Shown piece by piece: positions 12,140-24,133 of a stretch of DNA of 64,000 nt (the stretch's first letter is position 1; every line of letters begins with the position of its first letter). The notes under the pieces were generated by a model. The model was not told the origin of the DNA and did not search any database. It worked only from the letters and a program-made list of their open reading frames with translations. A program made the translations under genes and the position numbers. The DNA is from Okamejei kenojei (lineage: Eukaryota), in contig CM069131.1 in NCBI GenBank assembly GCA_035221665.1, positions 87,172,001 through 87,236,000 on the forward strand, given 5' to 3'.

Positions 12140-13515
12140 TAAATATCATCAGCAACATGTCATAGACCACCCATATTGATGCAATGACCAAGTAAGCACA
12201 TCAACGCCTTTACTTCCTGAGAAGGCTTAGGAAATCTGGCATTTCCGCAACAACTCTCACCAACTTCTAACAGAAGCGCCGTGGAAAGCATTTTATCAGG
12301 ATGGAACACATCATGGTTTGGGAACAGCTCCAACCAAGCCCCCAAGAAATTGCAGATAATTATGGATGCAGCCCAAACCACCACACAAACCAATCTACCC
12401 TCCATTCTGAAGAAGGGTCTCAACCCAAAACGTCACCCATTCCTTCTCTCCAGAGATGCTGCCTGTCCCACTGAGTTACTCCAGCATTTTTGTGCCTACT
12501 TCAATTGACAATATCATGCTGCCTGCACAAGGCCACCAGCATAATCAATTAAGAGTCTTACCCCAGTCACCCTCTTCACCCCTCTCCCACCGGGCAAGAG
12601 GTACAGAAGTATGAAAAAACACACATCCAGATGCAGACAAAATGTGTAGGAAGGAACTGCAGATGCTGGTTCACACTAAAGGTAGAAACAAAATGTTGGA
12701 AAAACTCATCGGGACAGGCATATCTCTGGATAGAAGGAATGGGTGATGTTTCGGATCGAGACCCTTCTTTAGACTGAAAGTCAGGGGAGAGGGAAACACG
12801 GTGATAAGGAAGGGGAAGGTGTCAAAAGGTGACATCACAAGAGATGAAGCTCAAAGAAAATGTAGAATAGATCATTGTTAGCTCGGAGAAGGTAACAACA
12901 AAGCAAACAGAGATAAAATGTAATCAGGGAGACAGTCCGACTGGTCTGAGAACTGGGAAGAGGGAGGGATGGAGAGTGAGGGAAAGCAAGGGTTACTTGA
13001 AGTTAGAGAAGTCAATGTTCACACCGCTGGGGTGTAAACTGCCCAAGCAAAATATGAGGTGCTGTTCCTCCAATTTGCGCTGGGCCTCACTCTGACAATG
13101 GAGGAGGAGGTGCAGGACAGAAAGGTCAGTATGGGAATGGGAGGGGGAGTTAAAAAGTTTAGCAACCGGGAGATCAGGTAGGTTTAGGCGGAATGAGTGG
13201 AGGTGTTCAGCAAAATGATCGTCGAGCCTGTGAGACAGTTTCTTCCCAGCTGTTAACAGACAACAGAACTATCCTATCAATAACTAGAGAGCAGTCCTGA
13301 GCTATCTATCTACCTCACTGGAGACCCTCATATTATCTTTAATCGGATGTCATTTGACTTTATCTTGCATTAAACGTTATTCCCTTTATCATGTATCTGT
13401 ACTCTGTGGATGGCTTGGTTGTAATCATGTACTGTCACACCGCTGACTGGTTAGCACACAACAAAAGCATTTCACTGTGCTTTGGTACACGTGACAATAA
13501 ACTAAACTAAATTAA
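12140..13515 (+). mobile_element. Rex1/Babar-type LINE 3' part with two Penelope insertions (~12405-12500, ~12642-13231)
   Basis: LYFLRRL-like and ESILSGWNTSWFGNS motifs; HP...LPxG.RY region; tail gtgacaataaactaaactaaa. Confidence 0.7.
12642..13231 (-). mobile_element. Penelope element, 5'-truncated
   Basis: pLTR with hammerhead-like core 12745-12775; GIY-YIG C-terminus RKLEEQHLIFCLGSL on minus strand. Confidence 0.85.
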
Positions 13516-14329
13516 ACAATATGCTTTCATGAACATAGCCCAAAGATCTTTGCTCTTCACGAAAATGGTTTAAAAAATGAAGATGCTGGCATTCTGAACC
13601 AAAAAAACTGAAAAAAGGCAGAACCAAAAAAAAGTCAGGCAGCATCTGCGGCAAGAGAAATGGGCAACATTTCAGGTCTATAACACCTTGTGCATGAGCA
13701 CAGTTCTAAAGACACTAAACAATGCATTTTCTTGTTCAGCATGAAGCAGCCCATGGAACTTGCAAGCCCATGAGCTGCCCTGATTTTGATCCAGGATTAA
13801 AACAATGCCTACAATGTCCATCATTTCCCAATGGAATTCAAGAAACATGTTCAATATTTCTTCCACTACCAAGAGAAGCTTCAACCTGTAATACCCAGAG
13901 GTTGCCTTGGTGGGTACTCACATATGAACAATGCTGCAATTGCCTCCAAAGCAACAGTGTAAAAATAATCTCACCACAAGCACTGCAGCAATTGAGAAGC
14001 TGGCTTCCACTTTCCTCAATAACAAACTGGAGATGAGCAATAAATGCTGATCTCACAGCGATGCCGAACACCGACATAGATTAACAACTAAAGAGAATTC
14101 CAAATCCGCACAATGATGGAACTATTGAGTTGTCATCCTTTGTTATTGATCTTCCTATTACCCCATCTTGCATGATCCTGAAAGCTAGAATTTCAATATT
14201 GCAAACATCTTCACACATCCAAAAGAAAATCCCCGTGACTGTGTTGGTTTACTGTGTTGGTGCTCTGATTTTATGCCACATCCCAAAGGTGTGCGGGTTT
14301 GTCAGTTAATTTGCCTGTAAAAAAAGTTT

Positions 14330-15190
14330 TCACCAATATGATTGGACTGATCCAGGATGGGGAGGAATCTGCCTACAGACAGGAAGTGACACAGCTGGTG
14401 CCCTGGTGCCATCGCAACAACGTGGAGCTCAATGCTCTTAAGACAGTGGAATTGATTGCAGACTTTAGGAGAGCTCCACTTCCCCTCACCACACTCAGCA
14501 TCAACAACGCCACAGTCACATCTGTGGAGTTTTTTAAGTTCTTGTGAACCATCACCTCAAAGGACCTAAATGGGGGGCCACCATCGACTCCATAGTCAAA
14601 AAAGGCACAAGAGAGGATGTACTTCCTGTGGCAGCTGAGAAAGCACAATCTGCCACAGGCAATGATGGTCCAATTATGCACGGCCATCGTAGAGTCTGTC
14701 CTCACCTTCTCCATCATGGTCTGGTTTGGTTCAGCCACCAAGCACATCCGGAAGCTGCAGCGAATCGTCCAATCAGCTGAGAAGGTTAATGGCTGCAACC
14801 TTCCCTCCATTGATGAACTATACACTGCAAGGGCGAGGAAGTGAGCAGGCAAGATCATCTCTGACCCTCTCACCCTGGCCACAAACTCTTTGAATCACTT
14901 CCCTCTGGAAGGCGACTTCAGACTGTCAAAGCTGCCACAGCCAGGCATAAAAACAGCTTTTTTCCAGAGTAGTAGCTCTACTCAATAACCAAAAATCTGT
15001 AGCCTCCTTTTGTTCTGGTATTTTATTTAATTCACATGTTTAATCGATAATGTTTTATTATTAATGTTTCATGTTTTATGTGTCATTCCTGTCACTGTGT
15101 GTCAGGTTGTCACTTGTAGGCAGTGCACCAAGGCAAATTCCTTGTATGTGAATACTTGGCCAATTAACTTTTTTATTCATTCATCCATCA
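14330..15190 (+). mobile_element. Rex1/Babar-type LINE 3' fragment
   Basis: IGLIQDGEESAYRQEV...WCHRNNVELNALKTVELIADFRR; MYFLWQLRK...IVESVLTFSIMVWFG; (ATTC)n-like tail. Confidence 0.85.
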
Positions 15191-15605
15191 AATTGGATCA
15201 GCTACTTTCCAATCAGGCTTCTCTCAAACACCAAGTAACAGATGCTGCATAATAAGCTGCTCTGATTCTCCAGTCCAGTCATTCCACAACCTAATCACAT
15301 CTTTCATTCAAACATGACTAGACATTCCAATGAGTTTAGTTAATCTCCAGTTTTGCTAACTACAAAAACTGCTAACAAATATCACCCAATTCATATTTGT
15401 TAAGGCTCGTCCATGAGAATTCAGTCATACGATATCATAGAACTTTATTCATCCCAGGTGAGAAATTGGGCTGCCCATAGTAATAAAACACAAAAAGATA
15501 CGTGAAACGTGAAACTTAAAGTGACGAGTGGAGTGTCCAGGATTGGGGATGTGCAAAGATTGGGGGAAGGGGAGTCAGTCCACCCCACGACAGTAGGGGA
15601 AGGAC

Positions 15606-16222
15606 AACAGACAATAGACAATAGGTGCAGGAGTAGGCCATTCAGCCCTTTGAGCCAGCACTGCCATTCAATGTGATCATGGCTGATCATCCACAATCAG
15701 TACCACATTCCTGCCATCTCACCATATCCCCTGACTCTACTATCCTTATGAGCCCTATCTAGCTCTCTCTTGAAAGTATGCAGAGAACCAGGCCACCATC
15801 CACCCACTGAGGCAGAGATATCCACAGATAACTCTCTGTGTGAAAAAGTGTTTCCTCGTCTCCATTCTAAATGGCTTACCCGTTATTCTTAAACTGTGGT
15901 CCCTGGTTCTGAACTCCCCCAACATCTGGAACATGTTTCCTGCCTCTAGCATGTCCAAACGTTTAATAATGTTATATGCTTCAATAAGATCCCCTCTCAT
16001 CCTTCTAAAATCCAGAAGCCTATTCAAGCCCAGCCGCTCCATTCTCTCAGCATATGACAGTCCCGCCATCCTGGGAATTAACCTTGTGAACCTAAGCTGC
16101 ACTCCCTCAATAGCACGAATGTCATTCCTCAAACTCGGAGACAAAAAATGCAATAAATATTCCAGCTGTGGTCTCATTAGAGCCCTGTACAATTGCAGAA
16201 GGACATTGTTGCTCCTATACTC
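15606..16222 (-). mobile_element. CR1 LINE fragment
   Basis: (AGACAAT)n tail; LQLYRALMRPQLEY, RRMRGDLIEAY. Confidence 0.9.
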
Positions 16223-16530
16223 AACAGGAAGGAGTTGTACAGTTTGATAGATACAGAGAAAAAGTATCTCCTGTGGCAATCTGTACTGCATCTTGGTGGA
16301 ACCAGTCTGTTGCTAAAGGTGCTCCTCAGGTTAACCAGTATGTCATCGAGGGGGTGTGATGTATTGTCCAAGATGCTTCGCATTTTGAGGACCATCCTCC
16401 CCTCCAAGATCACCTCCAATGAATCAAACTCCAGCCCCAGGATGGAGCCATCCTTCCTGATGAGCTTGTTAATCCTGTTGGTCTGTGGCCTTCACCCTGC
16501 TATCCCAACACACATAGGCCCCACCACCGT
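16223..16530 (-). mobile_element. Rex1/Babar-type LINE fragment
   Basis: RSILDNTSHPL...STFSNRLVPPRCSTDCHRRYFF. Confidence 0.7.
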
Positions 16531-16539
16531 CTGTTTGAA

Positions 16540-17735
16540 AATGTTGTCCCTCAGGCTCCTATCTTTTCCCCCTCAACTTAACCCTGTGTCCTCTGTTTCA
16601 TGATTCCTCTACTCTGGGTAAAATACTGTGCATCCACCCCAGCTATTCCCCTCATGACCTTATATACCTCTTTAAGATCACCCCTCATCCTCCTCCTAAG
16701 ACTAAAGTCCTAGCCTGCCCAACGTCTCCCTACAGCTCAAGGCCCTGATCCTGGAAACATCCTCATAAATCTTCTCTGTACGCTCGCAAGCTTAACATCT
16801 TTCCCATAGCAGTGCGACCAAAACTGAACATAATTATCCAAAGGTGGCTTGAACAACACCTTGTGCAACTGTAAAATAACATCCCAACTTCTATACCCAA
16901 TACCTTGACTGATAAAGGCCAATGTGTGAAAAGCTTTCTTGACCACCCTATCTCCCCCTGACACAATTTTTTAGGAAACATGAAGCACTCCAAGATCCCT
17001 CTGCTCTACAACACTCCCCAGACCCCTGTGCATCACTGTGTAGGTCCTGCCATATTTAGACTTCCCAGAATAGGCAATACGCAATAGGTGCAGGAGTAGG
17101 CCATTCACTGTGATCATGGCTTCGAGCCAGCATCGCCATTCACTGTGATCATGGCTGATCATCCACACTCAGTGCCCCATTCCTGCCTTCTCACCATATC
17201 CCCTGACTCCGCTATCTTTAAGAGCTCTATCTAACTCTCTCTTGAAAGCATCCAGAGAATTGCCCTCCACTGAGGCAGAGAATTCCACAGATTCACAACT
17301 CTCTGGGTGAAAAAGTGTTTCCTCATCTCAGTCCTAAATGGCCTACTCCTTATTCTTAAACTGTGGCCCCTGGTTCTGGACTCCCCCAACATCGGGAACA
17401 TGTTTCCTGCTTCTAGGTTGTCCAATCCTTTAATAATCTTATATGTTTCAATAAGATTCCCAAAGTATACAAGCCCAGCCGCTCCATTCTATCAACATAT
17501 GACAGTCCCGCCATCCCGGAATTAGCCTTGCGAATCTACACTGTACTCACTCAATAGCACACATGTTCTTCCTCACATTTGGAGACCAAAACTGCAGGTG
17601 TGGTCTCACCAGGGCCATGTACGTCTACAGAAGGACCTCTTTGCTCCCATACTCAATGCCTCTTGTTATGAAGGCCAACATGCCATTAGCTTTCTTCACT
17701 GCCTGCTGTACCTGCATGCTTACTTTCAGTGACTG
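16540..17735 (-). mobile_element. Adjacent CR1 fragments (two subfamilies)
   Basis: LAFISQGIGYRSWDV, ERDLGV-like, FFTQRVVNLWNSLP. Confidence 0.85.
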
Positions 17736-17739
17736 ATTA

Positions 17740-18402
17740 AATTAGATTAGATTCCTTTATTGTCATTCAGACCTTTCGGTCTGAACAAAATTGGTACCAT
17801 ACAGTCATAACATATAATAAAAAACAAAACACACAATAAACACAGATCCAATATCCACCACAATGAGTTCACCAGGCACCTCCTCACTGTGGTGGAAGGC
17901 AAAAGTCTTAAGTCATTGTCTTCATCCCTCCTAGTTCTCCCTCTGCGCTGAGGCGATCCAGACTGCCGCCGCCGCTGGAGCATATAACCATGTAACAATT
18001 ACAGCACGGAAATAGGCCCTCTCGGCCCTTCCAGTCCGTGCCAACCATTTATTTTCCCCTAGTTCCATCTAATATAACCATATAGAGCACCGCAGCTCTA
18101 AGCTGGGCCGCCGCCGCCGCTGGAGCACTGCAGCTCCAAACCAGGCCGCCGCCACAGCTCTGCCATTAGGTCTCAGCACAGACGGTGACAGGGGACATGC
18201 ATCCCACCGAAGGGAGAGACTAAAACTCTGTTTCTCCCACCCACCCCCCCCACCCCCCCCCCCCCCCCCCCACACCCCACATACACAACCTAATAAAACA
18301 AAGTTCTACTAAAACAAACACTAGAAGACAACAAAAAAAAGAAAAAGCAGATGGACTGCAGGTGAGCCGCAGCTGCCAGCCAGCGCGGCCACTTCCGGAA
18401 AT
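17740..18402 (-). mobile_element. GC-rich non-autonomous retroposon (family shared with 30705-31597)
   Basis: Tail gacaataaagg(aatct)n on minus strand; shared ttccaccacagtga motif and poly-G tract. Confidence 0.55.
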
Positions 18403-19910
18403 GTACAAGGACCCCCACAGATCTCTTTGTACTTACCCTTTTCCCAACTTGACACGATTCAAATATTAATCTGCTTTCCTGTTTTTACCACCAAAGTGGA
18501 TAACCTCACATTTATCCACATTAAATTGCATCTGCCCACTCACCCAACCTGTCCAAGTCACCCTGCATTCTCATAGCATCCTCCTCACAGTTCACACTGC
18601 CATCCAGCTTTGTGTCATCTGCAAATTTGTTAATGTTACTTTGAATCCCTTCATCTAAATCATTGATGTATATTGTAAATAGCTGCGATCCCAGCACCGA
18701 GCCTTGCGGAATCCCATTAGTCACTGCCTGCCATTCCGAAGGGACCCGTTGATCCCTACTCTTTGTTTCCTGTCTGCCAACCAATTTTCTATCCGTGTCA
18801 GTACCTCACACTTATCTATGATAAATTACATTAACCATTCCTACACCCACTTGCCCAACTGATCAAGATCTTGCTGTAATTTTTGATAACTATCTTCACT
18901 ATCTACAATACCACCCACTTTAGTGTTATCTGCAAACTTACTAATCACGCCTCGTACATTCTCTTCCAAATAATTGATATAAATTACACCAATGAGCCCA
19001 ACATCAATCTTTGAGACACACCACTGGTCACAGGCCTCCATTCCGAGAAACAAACACGCTTAGCTTCCATCCATGAAGCCAGTTTTCTGTCCAGTCGGCT
19101 GGCTGTCCCTGGATCCCTTCCAGAGCAGCCTACCGTGCAGACTCTAATCAAATGCCTTGCTGAAATCTATATAGATAACGTCTCCAGCTCTGTCCTTATC
19201 AATCTTTTTGGTTACATCTTTGAAAAACTCAATCAGATCAAACTCAATCAGTAAGACACAATCTGTGTCTGATTATCTCATGCTGATTATCCCAAGTTAA
19301 CCCCAGTCTATCCAAATGTATACATATCTTATCCCTCAGAATTCCCTCCAGTAATTTGCCTATAACAGGTGATAGGCTCACTGTTTCCAGGGTTTTTTCT
19401 TGCATCTCTTCTTTAAATAGAGGCACAACATTAGCCACCCTCCAGTCGTCCGGCACCTCAATGGTATCTAATGATGATTTGTGTATCTCAGCCAGGGCAC
19501 CTGCAATTTCTTCTCTAGCTTTTCAGAGTTTCTTCGGATACACCTGATCAGGCTGAAAATAATTGTCCACATTCATATGCCTTAGGACAATCAGCACCTC
19601 GTTGACTGTTGTACTGACTGTCCTCAAGACACTTCCTTACCTCCACTATGCCTAGTTGCCCAGTCTTTAAGTCTTTGTTTTGGAGAAATAGTAATTGACT
19701 ACTGCTCATCCCCTGTGGCTCCATATAGAGTCGACTGCTTGGTTTCGGAGGGGCTCTATTCTCTCTCTAGTCACCCTCCTTCGTTAATGTACTTATAAAA
19801 TCTCTTTGGATTTTCCACAATATTATCTGCCAGAGCTATCTCCTGCCCCTTTTTGCACCCCTGATTTTCGTCTTAGGTATGCACCTCAGTTCACATTCTC
19901 TCCTCTGGGG
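18403..19910 (-). mobile_element. CR1 RT-region fragments
   Basis: GIPQGSVLGSQLFTIYINDLD...KFADDTKL; KFADNTKVGG; PDDWRVANVVPLFK. Confidence 0.88.
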
Positions 19911-20441
19911 ATACACTTAATCACAGAAATCAACAGAAATGTGTGCTGATGTCAGGTGTATGACATCAAGAATTCTGATGCCCTACGTGCTTTGGTTCTC
20001 CAGGACTTGTTCATTCACAATAATGTTGTTATAATTACGACCAAACATCCTCTTTCTCGGATTCTTATTTTAGTGTAGAAATAGAGATTTTTTAAAGATT
20101 TTCTCTCTTTTGAAGATATTACCCTGAAAAGGACAGAATGCTGTTTTGCCTTTGACATTGACCGCAAGATGCAACCCAATGAAGTTGAAACACAGTTGTT
20201 AATACTGGCTAAATTAAAGACACCATAAAATGGAGGATCCTTGCACTTGTCAGAATTGCTTAATCCTTGTCAGCTGAAATGTACAGGCATTGGATGGTGC
20301 CAGCGAGTCTAGGCTCAGACTGGTATGCACGATGGTGAGGGGTCCAGGTGTTCTCTTTGTTTCTACTAAATCGATAAAATGTATAGCAGTTTTGCAAACA
20401 ACCCTAAATGCATCATTTTGATTGGATCGCTGCAGGGGCAT

Positions 20442-20963
20442 TGTAAATAGTATAAATAATGTTGCGAGACGGAAATCCTGTTGGTTGATGATTGGTCGAA
20501 CTGTTGAGCCTTGGGGAAACTGTTTGAACCTCAGGGCACGTTTCAATGTTTATTCTTGTTTGCTTCCTTCCAGAAGCTCCGTTTGAATACAATGTATTAG
20601 TTACTGTATTATTGGGTTAGGGAAGTGTCCATCATGCACTGTGTTCATCGATATCTGTTATTGGACTGTATAGAGACCACCCCCATGCGGCCCTTCAAGG
20701 TTCGGGGACCTATAAAAGATAGCTCCCATGAGGTCCTGTATCGATCTTCTGGGAGTACGCTTAAGACTGGAGTGTCTCTCCTTGCACGAGGCTAGGAGGG
20801 CTTGGCCAGGGAGATACCAGGATCGAACCCGCGGTGGTTAGGTATAGTAGTGAGAAACTGTTATTGTGTTTTTCCAAAATAAAGTTTAGATGCGCAAGTG
20901 TTTGACTCAGTATTAAATTGACTGAAACTAGACTGGGGATAAGCTTAGAATGAACTATTTACA
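20442..20963 (+). mobile_element. Solo LTR (522 bp)
   Basis: Perfect terminal IR TGTAAATAGT...ACTATTTACA; TATAAAA 20711; AATAAA 20878; homologous to 43751-44371; no clear TSD. Confidence 0.8.
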
Positions 20964-21014
20964 CAGTGACCCAATTTCCTGCTGTTGTCAGGGTCAAACA
21001 GTAAGTCACAATGA

Positions 21015-21858
21015 CACAAAAAGCTGGAGTGACTCAGCGGGACTGGTGGCATCTCTGGAGATAAGGAATGGGTGACGTTTCGAGTCAAGACTCTTCTTCA
21101 GACTGGTTAGGGATAAGAGAAATGAGAGATATAGATGGCGATGTGGAGAGATAAAAACAATGAATTAAAGATATGCAAAAATATAATGATGATAAAAGGA
21201 AACAAGCCATTGATAGCTGTTTTGTAGGGTGAAAATGAGAAGCTAGTGTGACTTGGGTGGGGGAGGGATAGAGAGAGAGGGAATGCCGGGACTACTTGAA
21301 GAGAGATAAATCAATATTCATACCACTGGGCTGTAAGCTGCCCAAGCAAAATATAAGATGCTGTTCCTCAAATTTGCATTTAGCCTCACTCTGACAATGG
21401 AGGTGACCTAGGACAGAAGGTCTGTGTAGGAATGGGGAGGAGCATTAAAGTGTCCAGCAACTGGGAGATCAGGTAGGCTCAGGAAGGCTGAGCGACAGGT
21501 GTTGCATCTTCTGCAATTGCAGGGGAAGTTACCTTGGGTCAAGTCACCCCAGCATTCCCTCTGTCCCTCTCTATTCCTCCCCCATCCAAGTCGCACTTGC
21601 TTTTCATTTTCACCCTACAAACTGCTAACAACAGCCCGTTTCCTTTATCATCATTAATTTTTTGCATATCTTTCATTTATTATTCTTCGTCTCTCCACAT
21701 CACCGTTTATATCTCTCGTTTCCTTTATCCCTAACCAATCTGAAGAAGGGTCTCGACCTAAAATGTCACCCATTCCTTCTCTCTAGAGATGCTGCTGAGT
21801 AACTCCAACTTTTTGTGTCTATCTTTGGTTTAAACCAGCATCTGCAGTTCCTTCTTAC
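21015..21858. mobile_element. Penelope insertion with inverted (tail-out) pLTR arms
   Basis: 17-bp TSD ACAGTAAGTCA(C/G)AATGA at 20998-21014 and 21859-21875; ~290-bp inverted arms; GIY-YIG remnants FPCNCRRCNTC, PDLPVAGHFN. Confidence 0.88.
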
Positions 21859-24133
21859 ACAGTAAGTCAGAATGATTCAATGCTCTTTATTAGAGACTGG
21901 GGTGGGAGATTGCAACCTTCACGTGGTCCTCCCTGTTTTGACTAATGCAAACAACCCGATGAGAACAAACAAACTGATGTACTGTTTTGTTAGGCTGTGC
22001 ACGCCATACGCAAGAAGAAGAAGATAAGAGACTGGCATCCAGAAGTTAGTATTGATGGAGACAATGGTTAATATTAACATGACAGACAGAAGGGCTTGTT
22101 TTTCTTCTGCATGATTGTATGCTTCTTCATGTCCTTCTTTCCAAAGCACAGACGTTGTTTACTTAAAAAAAACTTATACGAGTTTCCCTAAGTGTAATGG
22201 TGGTGTTCCCTCGTTGGTGTAAGGCTGACCAGCCTGAGGCCCATCCTCTCAAATATGTTTACTATAACCAGCCTGAAAAGCTCTGCAAATCAACTGGCGA
22301 ACTGTATCAAGAAAACTCAATTTGGTACTAAATTATTTATTGTCGTCACTTGATAAAATGGCTCTAAGATATATTTACCCTTTAGTATAAACTAATAATT
22401 TGCAGGGACATCAAGAGCATAACAGCTTATAATTACATTCATCTCACAATAAAAATTCCCTGCATACAATGCCTGCAAGCAAAACGTGTTAGATTATTGG
22501 CAGTGGCAAGGGTAGCCAGCATTAGATTAGTTTTCCACATTGTGTGATTATTATTCAACCAATGGACCAGTCTACACGTTTTTTAATTAATTTTTATGTT
22601 TGATAGTAGTTTGGGTAGAAACAGAATTAGCTTATATTTAATGTTCAGATATGCTATTGACATCCAGATGTTGTAGTTGTTACAGATGTTGGTGAATAAT
22701 ATAGTACACCATTTCTCACTGCTGCTTTCATACTCATTCACAACTATGGTTTGGGTTTGATATTTTTAGTGACCAATTGTTGTGGCAATAGAAGATAAAA
22801 TTAAAGGCAATAGTTATTCCTGGAGAAGGCTTTGTGAATGGATAAAATTAAGATTGGTCATATTTATCCCACAGAATGATATTTGTTCCAGATCTGAGAC
22901 ACTAGATTCTGTGTTCTCCACATTTGCTGATGGTACAGGAATTTGCAAGACATTTTTCCTCAGGGAATGGGAAGTTTTCATCTTTACCAGAGCAAACAGG
23001 CAACTCCAGACTAACATCAATGCCACTGACTCTTAGGTGCTTCTTGAAATGGTTCAGTAAGCCACCCATCTTAAGGAGCCATTAGTTAATGGGATGCATA
23101 TGCCCAGCTTCCCAGTGAAGTCCATATCCTGAGAATAACAATGTTTTTTTTTTATTTGTCCAGCACAGCAAGCATCCAACATCTTTTGTGTTGAAGATTT
23201 GAAATTGAAAAATCATGATGGTGTCATTGTTGAAATCTGCACCACAGTCACTATTTAAAGAGGTCTCTTTCTGCTTGGAATGGTCCCCAGATAGAATAAT
23301 TGATCAATCACATTCTCAACTGCAATTTCTATCTGGGGGAAAGAAAAAACCCCATCGATGTTCACTTTCCACCCTGTTAAAGGCCTGTGGCTCACGTAAT
23401 TGGAGCAGCTGGATCCAGAGACATACTTATATAGATAAACCTAGTTTTGGATGCAAGTCTTCCCTTCCACCTATTCTTACTTTATTTTCTTGCTCTAAAC
23501 AATATACAAAGGAAAATAAAATGGAATTGACAGTTCCAGAATCAGCAGTGATAAACTGATAGTTTGAAAACAGGCCCTTCAGCCCATCGGGTCCACGTCG
23601 ACCATCCCTCACCTATTCACACTAGTTCAATTTTATCCCACTTAGGTAAAAGCTGACTAAAAGCTCCAAAATACCAACATTTAACTGTCACAAACTTAAA
23701 AATAAATGCCATCCCTAATATTTTAGCAGGCCTTAGCAGCACAAGGGAGCACTTTCACAGTGATGACTGCAACAGTTCAGAAAGATGACTACCACCTTTA
23801 CAAGAGCAATTATCTAGGGCATTACTTCTGAGTCTACGAGCAATGGCCATATCCCACGCACAATATTTTTGAAATTCACCTTTTTGGAATTCCTGTAGTT
23901 GCACCATTGTAACTTTGTCAAAAGTGAAGCCGATAACCAATTTTGAGGAGTGTATGGGGGTCTTGTTGGGGTTTTGAGACATTCTCAGCTCAGATGGATC
24001 TCAGCACAGAAACTTCCTTTCTCTGGTTAAATGTTTCCATAACAAAGTACATCTGCAGCAAAATAGTTTCAAGAAATTAAAGCTTAGACTTCCTAGTGAA
24101 TCTTAGGTGGTTCAAATTGCAGTTTGGGATATA

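Noticed and set aside
6160-24055. Minus-strand exon-like segments (~6160-6381, 11549-11614, 19987-20123, 23795-24052)
   Set aside because: Splice-like signals exist, but frames contain stops and no consistent coding chain forms; a lncRNA cannot be excluded
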